Shown piece by piece: positions 1-7,791 of a stretch of 64,000 nt of DNA. Position 1 is the stretch's first letter. Every line of letters starts with the position of its first letter. This DNA comes from an uncultured delta proteobacterium (lineage in GTDB: Bacteria; Desulfobacterota; BSN033; UBA1163): contig CAVPSJ010000004.1 of NCBI GenBank assembly GCA_963708295.1, positions 1,056,001-1,120,000 of the forward strand, in the 5' to 3' direction. Under the pieces are notes generated by a model that saw only the letters and a list, made by a program, of their open reading frames with translations, was not told where the DNA came from and searched no databases. The translations under genes and the position numbers were made by a program.

Positions 1-102
1 TTGATAACGGAGAGGAATGGAGTAGATTTGTGCCTCAGCACAATCAACGGCAAAGAGGATAAGAAAAAGCATCAAAATTGAACGAGTCTTCCACTTTTTC
101 AC
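1..102 (-). CDS. 5' end of a secreted protein running off the window edge (MKKWKTRSILMLFLILFAVDCAEAQIYSIPLRYQ...)
   Basis: GGAGG RBS before GTG at 102; basic N-terminus, hydrophobic core and AEA cleavage site; not in the ORF track. Confidence 0.65.
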   Translation of the reverse strand, partial: MKKWKTRSILMLFLILFAVDCAEAQIYSIPLRYQ

Positions 103-249
103 ACATTGCCTCCTTATTCAAGCCTTCTTCTCATCGGATGGCAATTTTCTAAGATGGAATAGGTGTTTTGTCAAATTTTCGGGAAAAGGAAAGCCGAATG
201 ATCAGCGGTTGGATGGATTTCATCAGCACTAGGAAGAGTTCAGGACCTC

Positions 250-513
250 GTGTTCGATCCGAGTGGTCGTGTCATCTTCGCGATCATCGGATACTCGACT
301 TTTAGCTGGAGATTAATCGGGGAGAATTCAGTGGCGGTTCCCTTCAATACGTTGGTTTACGAACGAAAAGCAAAGCATCCACGGGTCATGGTAGATATCC
401 CTCTGGAGAAATTTAAATCCGCTCCACGGTTCGCGAAAGCTGATTTGACGGATCGTCGACGGGAGGCAGAGATTTACAGATACTTTGGCCAGCAACCTTA
501 TTGGACGGAATAG
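250..513 (+). pseudogene. PRC-barrel domain protein, 5'-truncated
   Basis: In-frame upstream LGRVQDLVFDPSGRVIFAII, then VAVPF and YRYFGQQPYWTE as in PRC-barrel proteins; stop codon just upstream and no clear RBS/start. Confidence 0.6.
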
Positions 514-580
514 GAAACGACCGGAAAATAGTTTCGGCCCGGATTGTTAGCGGCGGGATCGGATCGAAGTGAAGCCGGCG

Positions 581-961
581 TTACCTCCAATAGCGGCGAT
601 AGGGATAGTGGTAAGGATAGTATGGGTACGGATAATAATAAGGATAGGGATAATAATAGGGATACGGATGGGCGTAATAATAGGAGGGGGGTTGCCGACG
701 GCATTCCGTCCCGACCACTCGATCTTGAGAAAAAGTGAGCACGCAAACAGAATCTGTATTTGAAAAATGGTATTCCCAGGTTTCAACACTCTTCCCGTTT
801 ACAGTTTTATACGTGATCAGGTCTGTCTTTCCCCACAGGGATACCACTTCTTCTTTCGTCATGTTAGGTTTAATATCTGAAACATGACGGGGGTGACATG
901 AAGAAGAAATGAGAATAAGAGCCACGAAAAGAGTCAGATAGGCAATGCGTTTTGTTTTCAA
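581..961 (-). CDS. Lipoprotein, SmpA/OmlA(BamE)-like domain with Tyr/Pro-repeat C-terminal tail
   Basis: Signal peptide ending ISSSC; motif IKPNMTKEEVVSLWGK...ETWEY; tail (YYYPYP)n; GGAG RBS before TTG. Confidence 0.75.
   Translation of the reverse strand: MKTKRIAYLTLFVALILISSSCHPRHVSDIKPNMTKEEVVSLWGKTDLITYKTVNGKSVETWEYHFSNTDSVCVLTFSQDRVVGTECRRQPPSYYYAHPYPYYYPYPYYYPYPYYPYHYPYRRYWR
600..680 (-). repeat. Imperfect 18-nt coding tandem repeat (YYYPYP)
   Basis: ggataataataaggatagggataataatagggatac on the + strand. Confidence 0.75.
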
Positions 962-1136
962 TTCCCTGGTCTCCTTCTTTCACGGAAGCTTCTTGTCTCG
1001 GCCTCTTGATCCAGTGACTCTCTATTCTAATAGTAGTCATAAGATCCATAGAAATCAAGCGAAAATCCTTGCACGGAAGGGTGTACAATGGGTTTACTGC
1101 CTGAAGTCTATTTTGTGGGAAGGATTGGGTTTGACT

Positions 1137-1213
1137 TGATGTAGGCGTTGTCCTCGGGATTGTAAAGTCTGCTGATGAAAAAGTTGGCCAGGAATACAAC
1201 CTTGAAAAGACAG
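1137..1213 (+). mobile_element. Highly degenerate relic of a RAYT/IS200-like transposase 3' end (copy 1 of 3)
   Basis: gaaaaagttggccaggaatacaaccttga matches gaaaagatggccaggaatagaaccttga at ~25943. Confidence 0.45.
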
Positions 1214-1233
1214 GCCATCATTTCTTTCGGGCA

Positions 1234-1638
1234 TTACATCATGCCAGTGACGAAAGAAAACACCGTATTCGTTCGCCGTACCCTCCCGTCTCGAACATAT
1301 TCAACGTAACATTCCAGTTTGTTCCTGTCAGGAGGAGCGTAAAGCGGCACGTCGATACTAGCCTCCGATCCATACTCCACATTCGTTGCGCGAATACAGT
1401 GCGGGCTATCCCCTGGCCAAGTGAAACATACCCTGCGAATCTCCGGTTTACCATCTGCCTCAAAAGAGATCGTAACCCGATAAAGTATGCCCACTTTGAG
1501 GTTCCCATTTTCAGGGACGTCCATCCCTAATAGCCTGAGCTCTCCTGGCCCGAGAGGTTCCTTCGGTACCGTGGCGCAAGAAGAAATCGCTAACAGAACA
1601 ACGACACTCATAAGGATAGCAGTCAAAACCCCCTTCAT
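1234..1638 (-). CDS. Hypothetical lipoprotein
   Basis: Lipobox-like AISSC after a hydrophobic stretch; RBS present. Confidence 0.75.
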   Translation of the reverse strand: MKGVLTAILMSVVVLLAISSCATVPKEPLGPGELRLLGMDVPENGNLKVGILYRVTISFEADGKPEIRRVCFTWPGDSPHCIRATNVEYGSEASIDVPLYAPPDRNKLECYVEYVRDGRVRRTNTVFSFVTGMM

Positions 1639-1677
1639 ATCCTCATACCTCCCATGAAATGTGATGCTTGGTTAACC

Positions 1678-2190
1678 TTAGCGAATTCTTCCAGGGGTGT
1701 CAATAAGAGAAACAGGATGGTAATAGCCCTCAACCTGACGAATCCAAACCGAAGTCGCACCCAATAAAGGAATACCGATGAACCCCTTCACCTCCAGACG
1801 ATCTGGAGCAGACAGAATCATTCTGCATTTATAGATCTTCCCATTGTCGGGGTTGTAGATGGTTCCCTTCTCCCAAACGTTCTTACCCGTATAAGTAAAA
1901 CCTTCTATGAGTCTTAGTCCAATCAGTGTACGGGACCGCAGATTTGCATTTGGGTTTTCACGGTCGACTACCGGTCTGCCGGCCATGCCCCCATCGTCGT
2001 CAGCCCGGTAAAGCGGTTCTTTCAGCCAGGCAATTCTCCCGCAGTATTTGATGCCGCTCTTGAAAATCTCGATCTTGCATTCGTTTCTTGGGGTGATCCA
2101 TAAACCGACTATTTTATCCTCATCTGCAGCGAAGGTGAACGGGGCCAACAATAGCAAGGTGAACAACAGTGCTAAAATAGCTCTTTTCAT
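1678..2190 (-). CDS. DUF2147 family secreted protein
   Basis: GxW...G.IxW...D.xNP...W..G.IYNP.NGK.Y...L.V.G.IG...W motif pattern; signal peptide. Confidence 0.88.
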   Translation of the reverse strand: MKRAILALLFTLLLLAPFTFAADEDKIVGLWITPRNECKIEIFKSGIKYCGRIAWLKEPLYRADDDGGMAGRPVVDRENPNANLRSRTLIGLRLIEGFTYTGKNVWEKGTIYNPDNGKIYKCRMILSAPDRLEVKGFIGIPLLGATSVWIRQVEGYYHPVSLIDTPGRIR

Positions 2191-2263
2191 TTTATCGATC
2201 GCTTCTCTGGGATGAGAGGTTTGTTATTCAACAGGGAATTTTGTAAACACAAGTGATTTATCA

Positions 2264-2279
2264 GCAATTTCAATGCCAA
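2264..2279 (-). promoter_or_regulatory. sigma54 -24/-12 promoter upstream of the DUF2147 gene
   Basis: TTGGCATTGAAATTGC on the minus strand (GG-N10-GC). Confidence 0.75.
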
Positions 2280-2535
2280 TAGACCTGATCGAAGCAACTC
2301 CATGATGGTCAAAAGAATTGGCAACAAATGGGGCCTAAATGAGGATAAAAGAAGTGACACTTCTTGCTATAGGGGGCAGAAATTTGGTAAGAAAAGTCCG
2401 AGGGACCTTCAGTAAATCCCAAACCTCTTTTCTTTCCTTCGTTCCAACAATTGCCTTGAATTCGAGAATCTCCAGAGCTGCCCTGCCAAAATCGGCATGT
2501 TTGCGGGAATCATGCTGAATTCTCTATTTTTGTCC

Positions 2536-3366
2536 TCAGTCGCTTCTCCACCGGGTGTTCGGGTAGACCCAACATGTCCCTTTTTCATTAATCCTGATGA
2601 AGATCGATCCGTCGGATCGAGTGCTCAGGACTTTCCGTGGCTCATCATAGCCGACAATTCTACAGCCAGAGGCACGCTTCGAATACCAATCCGTCGCGAC
2701 GGTACTCTGGCCGTCCTTCTCCAGGGACTTGTCAGAGAGGATGCAGAGCAACGGCTTGAATTCCTTCAGGTCAAACAGCGCCTGGCAACAACCTTCCGGA
2801 CGTCCGTGATATGGAACTTTAAACACATTCGTGCCGGAGACAGCGGACACAAAATCCGATTTTTTAAGCAGGTTTTCCCATCCGGATGCGGGAAGGTCCC
2901 CACCGAAAAGAAGCTTCACCCCTTTATAGACAAGGAGGGTTACGGCACTTGCCGTATTGGGGTCTTTGTAGTCGATGTTGTCAGCGAAATAGACAGTATG
3001 GCTGAACCCTCTGCCCGCTTTTACCGCATCATCGTCAGCTTTGATCCTTCCCTTGAGTTCACGGAGTGCAGCAATCTTGACGTGGTCGCTCTTCTTCCGG
3101 CCGATGACTTTATCGTCGAATTTGACAAGGGAAGGGCATCTGAAGGACTTGATGGTCTTCTTGGAGATACCGATGATGTCGTCGAAATGATCTGCGTGGG
3201 GGTGAGAGATTTGGAGTTCTGAAATTTCGCTGATGTTTTTTAGAAAAATGGATGGCACGACTTCGCCAGTTCCTACATCAATGACCAGGTTCTCGCCGGT
3301 GGGAGTAACGGCATAGACGAAGTCACCCTGACTGACGTCGAGAATCGCAACTTCGAGTTTCAACAC
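2536..3366 (-). CDS. ComEC/Rec2-like metallo-beta-lactamase-fold hydrolase (stand-alone)
   Basis: LDVSQGD, VIDVG, SHPHADH, NTASAV, LFGGD, KVPYHG and STRSDG motifs. Confidence 0.85.
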   Translation of the reverse strand: MLKLEVAILDVSQGDFVYAVTPTGENLVIDVGTGEVVPSIFLKNISEISELQISHPHADHFDDIIGISKKTIKSFRCPSLVKFDDKVIGRKKSDHVKIAALRELKGRIKADDDAVKAGRGFSHTVYFADNIDYKDPNTASAVTLLVYKGVKLLFGGDLPASGWENLLKKSDFVSAVSGTNVFKVPYHGRPEGCCQALFDLKEFKPLLCILSDKSLEKDGQSTVATDWYSKRASGCRIVGYDEPRKVLSTRSDGSIFIRINEKGTCWVYPNTRWRSD

Positions 3367-3705
3367 CGCGCGTCTCCTTTGTTCTTACGTTGTCCGAACA
3401 ACTGTCTTTGAACGACTTCAACGAAGGTCCATGGTTCGTTTCTAAAAGAACTCTAAACTTATTGGTTAGCAGTGTCAATTGGTTATTCCATGAGGGAGTG
3501 GGCTAAAAAATACTGGATTTCCATCTGTTGCCGCTAAGAAGGGTTAAGTTCAGGGCGAAAGATCGGTATTCAACACCCTATCTATCTGCGGTTCCAGTCG
3601 GCCTTGTTGGAAGGGTCTTGGCTGAATGTTCACGTGAGAAAAAAAGGAGCGTTATTGACTAACCGCAAAAGGGTCGAAACCATGCCAAATCAGGGATGGG
3701 AGACC

Positions 3706-3891
3706 CTAACTCGACCTCTTTTTTTGATTCTTAACCTTCTCGAAAAACAGATCAAGAAGTCTATCCCCTGTCCAAAATCTATTAGGTACGCCTTCCGCTT
3801 CTAAAACAATCGTCCCGTTATTAATTTTCGTTACTCGGTATAGTTGCCCTGTTAATTTTTCCCTATACTTGTCTCCTTGCTCGACCCTCAT
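3706..3891 (-). CDS. Small hypothetical protein, paralogue of 3888..4076
   Basis: ATGA overlap with the upstream gene, GGAGG RBS; shares GD...L(Y/F)xV...vLE...RxW...LDxFFEK. Confidence 0.75.
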   Translation of the reverse strand: MRVEQGDKYREKLTGQLYRVTKINNGTIVLEAEGVPNRFWTGDRLLDLFFEKVKNQKKRSS

Positions 3892-4076
3892 TTAACATTT
3901 CCTCCTTGATATTCTATTTTCTCGAAAAAAGAATCGAGTTCAGCCCCCTGGAGCCACATTCGCGAGTATCCGTTCTGGTCCTCCAGCATGACCATTTTTG
4001 AATCGTCAAATTCCTTTACCGTAAAGAGATCATGGCTAATCTTATTCATTAACGTGTCTCCTTTCATGACGATCAT
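3888..4076 (-). CDS. Small hypothetical protein, first gene behind the riboswitch
   Basis: AAGGAGGTG RBS; similarity to the downstream ORF. Confidence 0.75.
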   Translation of the reverse strand: MIVMKGDTLMNKISHDLFTVKEFDDSKMVMLEDQNGYSRMWLQGAELDSFFEKIEYQGGNVK

Positions 4077-4110
4077 AAGCGGTTCACCTCCTTAGATTTG
4101 TTCTCGACTT

Positions 4111-4147
4111 AAAATAGAAAGCCCGGGATCGATTCAAATCACGGGCT
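4111..4147 (-). terminator. Intrinsic terminator (riboswitch expression platform)
   Basis: AGCCCG..GAT...ATC..CGGGCT hairpin followed by TTCTATTTT, lying between the aptamer and the RBS. Confidence 0.75.
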
Positions 4148-4165
4148 CTGCAAGGATTTTCTTCA

Positions 4166-4245
4166 CTCTGGCAACCCGGCCATCCTGAACAGGACCCGTG
4201 GCTTTCCGTCCCCCGATCACTCGAGGTTTGGCTTTGTCAGTATCT
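4166..4245 (-). ncRNA. c-di-GMP-I (GEMM-I) riboswitch
   Basis: GACAAAGCCAAACC-UCGA-GUGA-UCGG-GGGACGGAAAGCCACGGGUCC...GGAUGGCCGGGUUGCC matches the GEMM-I consensus, including the GNRA loop and GGGUUGCC end. Confidence 0.9.
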
Positions 4246-4264
4246 GTTGTTGTTTAGGATTTGA

Positions 4265-4280
4265 GCAATAATAGTGCCAA
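4265..4280 (-). promoter_or_regulatory. sigma54 promoter driving the riboswitch leader
   Basis: TTGGCACTATTATTGC, a perfect TGGCAC-N5-TTGC about 20 nt before the aptamer. Confidence 0.82.
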
Positions 4281-4388
4281 GGGTATGATGGCTTTATATC
4301 CGAAGAATTATTATGGTTTTTTCTCGAGGGCATAACCTTACCGAAGATTGAGGGTATGACTTTTTGTCGAATGCGTCAAATATGGACC

Positions 4389-4432
4389 ATGAAGACCATC
4401 AGGATTCAGGGGATGGAGCCCGGGCTCGGACC
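4389..4432 (+). pseudogene. 5' relic of an antitoxin gene related to 63453..63710
   Basis: atgaagaccatcaggattcaggggatggagcccgggct (MKTIRIQGMEPGL) versus atgaagaccatcacgattcgcggtattgagcccgggct (MKTITIRGIEPGL). Confidence 0.6.
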
Positions 4433-4632
4433 ACCGTGACGTTTACTCCTGTTTATTTATTCATGCTGTTATTTCGGTATCTCCGATTTGAATTCTAAAG
4501 CATCAAGACGTGTGCTGATGGTTCTTATTATCTTGCCTAACGGTAAGTCAACAAGAATCCGCCACGACCGAGTTCAGAGATAGGGGAGCGATCAGTAGTG
4601 GAGACAGAATGTCGGTGGCCGAGGTGGCTCGA

Positions 4633-4881
4633 TTATTGGGTGGCTTCACATTGGCCGCTACTAAGAGTTTGCATATAGCACCCTAAGGCAGTGACAAGCC
4701 AATGCAGATGTTCCACCGCAATCTCCCAACCATATTCTCCTGCTTTTGCTTGGGCTTCCTTTAATGTCGTTCCAGGATCAAATTCAATTTTCTCACCCCT
4801 CGGCCCGATTAAAAGAGCGGAGCCATCAAATCTCTGAATCAAGGTAGCCCTTGGTTTTCCATCAAGTAACCTGAAATCCAT
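4633..4881 (-). CDS. Hypothetical protein
   Basis: GGAGG RBS, ATG start, own sigma54 promoter. Confidence 0.65.
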   Translation of the reverse strand: MDFRLLDGKPRATLIQRFDGSALLIGPRGEKIEFDPGTTLKEAQAKAGEYGWEIAVEHLHWLVTALGCYMQTLSSGQCEATQ

Positions 4882-4925
4882 GAGTTCTCGACCTCCTGCT
4901 TCTTATTGTGTTTTCAAAGGGAAAA

Positions 4926-4940
4926 GCAATCCTTATGCCG
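4926..4940 (-). promoter_or_regulatory. sigma54 promoter
   Basis: CGGCATAAGGATTGC on the minus strand, about 45 nt before the 4881 start. Confidence 0.65.
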
Positions 4941-5246
4941 ATGACTCGATTTATTGTAACTGATCAATTATTAAGGCATGTTTTAAAAACCGGCTATTTC
5001 AGCTAAGACTTAGTGGGAAGAAATGTTCACTAAAGTTCCAAACGTTTTCCCACGAACTCCAAATGTCTGGGTGAAGATTCGTCTAAGGCGATCAAGAGCG
5101 GACACCTGATCTTGAAAAAAGCGTGGACTGATACGACTATTTTATTTATTGGCTGTTTACCAAACCCCGCCGGCTTGTTCCTCTTGCGGATTTTCAATGG
5201 AATGTCACACGGGACAGAGGGAGTTAGAGGGGAAAAGTGGAATTAT

Positions 5247-6671
5247 TCACCGAACATTACCTCTTGCAAGAGAGGCAAATATCCCGAAAAGACAGAGAAC
5301 CGCCAGGGAGGTAAATGCCATTTTTACGCATCTCAAGAAGACCGGATAGTATTCAGGAGTAATTTGAACCTTTCCGATATATACGGAGAATATCAGAATA
5401 ATAATGCCCATGCTTAATACCATTCCGATCACTCGCATCGTTCCAAGCGCCCCTGAAGCGACTCCGTAAAACCTATTCTCGACTGAACTCATCACGGCAT
5501 TCGTATTAGGGGACGAAAAAAATGCGAAGCCAAACCCAAGCAGAATTAAAGTCGCAACGATGAGCCACACGGCTGTGTCTTCATTCAAAAAAATGAACAG
5601 AAAAAGTCCGACGGCTGTCAACGCCATCCCTATCGAAGCGACGATTCGTGGCTCAGTCCTGTCCGACAGCTTACCCGCATAGGGCGAAAAAAAGGCCTGC
5701 ACAATGGGTTGGGATAGCAAAACAAGGCCAGCACTTTCAGGGGTGAGCTTTTTTATATATTGCAGGTAAAGACTTAAAAGGAAGGTGACGGCAAAGGTCG
5801 CGCTATAATGAATCAACGCTGCCAGGTTGGAGAAAGCAAAGACCCTGTTATTTCTAAAGAGGTTTATGTCCAAAACTGGAGTTTCTGTCTTTGTTTCCCA
5901 CTTAACGAATGCTAAAATGCCCAAAACCCCGGGTAGAATCAGCCAAACACCCCGCATCGTCGACAATTGGGAAAAACCATACAGGATCAGCAAAAGGGTG
6001 ATGCTGAAAATAATGGAGCCCCTGAGATCAAATTTCTCTTTTTCTGCCTTGTGCACTTCTCCTTTTAATTTCCAGAAAATGAGAAAAATGACGATCAATC
6101 CCAGAAACACATTTACAGCAAAAATACTTCTCCAACTGAAATGGTGCGTTAGAAATCCGCCTAAGAATGGCCCAGCAGAATTCCCCATATAAACCGCAGC
6201 CAAATTTATTCCCAAAACCTTACCCAGCTCCCTGGAAGGAAACACGGAGGTTAGCATCGCTGCTCCAACACAATAAGTCGCTGCGGCTCCAATGCCCTGC
6301 AGCATTCGAAAGCAAATAAGCATCGTGGCAGAGCTTGAAATAGCGGAACCAACGGACCCAAGGGTAAATATCAGAATGCCATAAGTGAAGATTCTTTTCC
6401 TTCCATAGATATCCGCTATCTTTCCGAAGGGAACAAGGAATATGGCTGAAGATAAAAGATAGGCGGTCGTCACCCAACTGAGCAAAATGGCATCCATCAG
6501 AAATTCTTTTTGGATGGAGGGAAGGGCGATATTGGCAGAAGACACTCCAAAGGGCGAGACAAAGGCAGCTAACGTGGTAACAAGTAAGACAACTTTTTTG
6601 GTTCCGGCGGCATCAACATCTATCGCATCCGTCATCGTTGCTCTGGACAAAGGGTTTCTGAATTTGGACAA
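5247..6671 (-). CDS. MFS transporter, DHA2-type (14 TM) efflux
   Basis: GKIADIYGRKR motif A, GPFLGG motif C, about 14 hydrophobic segments; true start may be ~6634. Confidence 0.92.
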   Translation of the reverse strand: MSKFRNPLSRATMTDAIDVDAAGTKKVVLLVTTLAAFVSPFGVSSANIALPSIQKEFLMDAILLSWVTTAYLLSSAIFLVPFGKIADIYGRKRIFTYGILIFTLGSVGSAISSSATMLICFRMLQGIGAAATYCVGAAMLTSVFPSRELGKVLGINLAAVYMGNSAGPFLGGFLTHHFSWRSIFAVNVFLGLIVIFLIFWKLKGEVHKAEKEKFDLRGSIIFSITLLLILYGFSQLSTMRGVWLILPGVLGILAFVKWETKTETPVLDINLFRNNRVFAFSNLAALIHYSATFAVTFLLSLYLQYIKKLTPESAGLVLLSQPIVQAFFSPYAGKLSDRTEPRIVASIGMALTAVGLFLFIFLNEDTAVWLIVATLILLGFGFAFFSSPNTNAVMSSVENRFYGVASGALGTMRVIGMVLSMGIIILIFSVYIGKVQITPEYYPVFLRCVKMAFTSLAVLCLFGIFASLARGNVR

Positions 6672-6795
6672 GTCATCCCAGATAACCCAAAGTTGACTTT
6701 CTTGTCAATTTTGTATGAAGAAATTCGATATTTCGCTTCCCGGGCCGTTGAGAATCGAGGGACACTATCGATAGTACAGGAATAAAAGATGGGTC

Positions 6796-6937
6796 ATTGG
6801 GGAGAGATTTGGGGGGCGGTTATTCAGGTGTCACCAGAGTTCTACAGAGGGTTAACGAAAAGATGGTCGAGAATATAAGTTTGAGGAGGCAGGAGGAAAA
6901 GATCGATGACAGAATATTAAATGTCAAGGCTGGCCCC
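6796..6937 (+). mobile_element. Relic of a RAYT/IS200-like transposase C-terminal HTH (copy 2 of 3)
   Basis: Translates IGERFGG/GYSGVTRVLQRVNEKMVENISLRRQEEKIDDRILNVK and ends tgtcaaggctggcccc; no start codon. Confidence 0.6.
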
Positions 6938-7028
6938 AATCTCCATTCTTGAGTTAGTTTTCTTGCCAACAGCCCGCAAGGACTTGCCCCGGCTAGGGCT
7001 TCGATGGCCCGATAGGTTTCACCGGTAG

Positions 7029-7505
7029 GACCAAACGAACCTTCTCGCATTGAACGCGGCGGTTGAAGCGGCTCGCGCGGGGGCAGCGGGTGCAGGGTTT
7101 GCCGTGGTGGCGGATGAGGTGAGGAATCTGGCAATCCGGGCGGCAGAAGCGGCGAAAAACACATCCGGTTTGATAGAAGATATCGTGAAGAAGATCAGGA
7201 ATGGCGAGAAGTTGGTGGGGGTGACGAGCGAGGCGTTTAGGGAGATTATGGAAAGCTCAGGTAAAGTGGTACGACTGATTGGGGAGATCGCGGGGTCCTC
7301 GCAAGAGCAGTCCGTTGGGATTGATCAGATCAGTCGGGCCGTGAGGGAAATGAACAATTTGACGCAACAGAATGCAGCGGGAGCGGAGGAGTTGGCATCG
7401 ATCATGGCCATGTTTAAAACAAAGCCCGATTCTTCCAATGTCTTCAGTAATCGAAGTAAGGCGGTTAAAACACCAGCGACCCAAGAGATGCAACCTAAAC
7501 CATAA
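7029..7505 (+). pseudogene. Methyl-accepting chemotaxis protein, C-terminal fragment
   Basis: [35 protein letters not shown] begins directly after a TAG at 7026; no N-terminal half or RBS. Confidence 0.85.
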
Positions 7506-7791
7506 CCCGAAAAACCCGATGGCTCCCCTGTCTTTGACCTGGGATGTTCAATTTCACAGTCCGGACAGATACAGGTTTCCGGGACACAAGTCCTAACCGC
7601 CAGAACCCCAATGTCATCAAGGATTTTTCCCCCTGTCCGTCCCCGTTTTTCAGTGGAACGGATTTTCAAAGGACATCACTTTCCCAGCTGAGAATTCAGG
7701 AAAACGCTCTGAATTTCTTCTTGACAACCTCTCAGGAACTATGATACGGGTGAGGCCACGAGAATGACAGACTAAACACAACGGAAAGGGT

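Noticed and set aside
2497-3222. 241-aa plus-strand ORF
   Set aside because: Antisense shadow of the MBL hydrolase, with no motifs.
4166-4245. 3',3'-cGAMP (GEMM-Ib) specificity for the riboswitch
   Set aside because: The discriminating position reads G, not A, although the scaffold is Geobacter-like.
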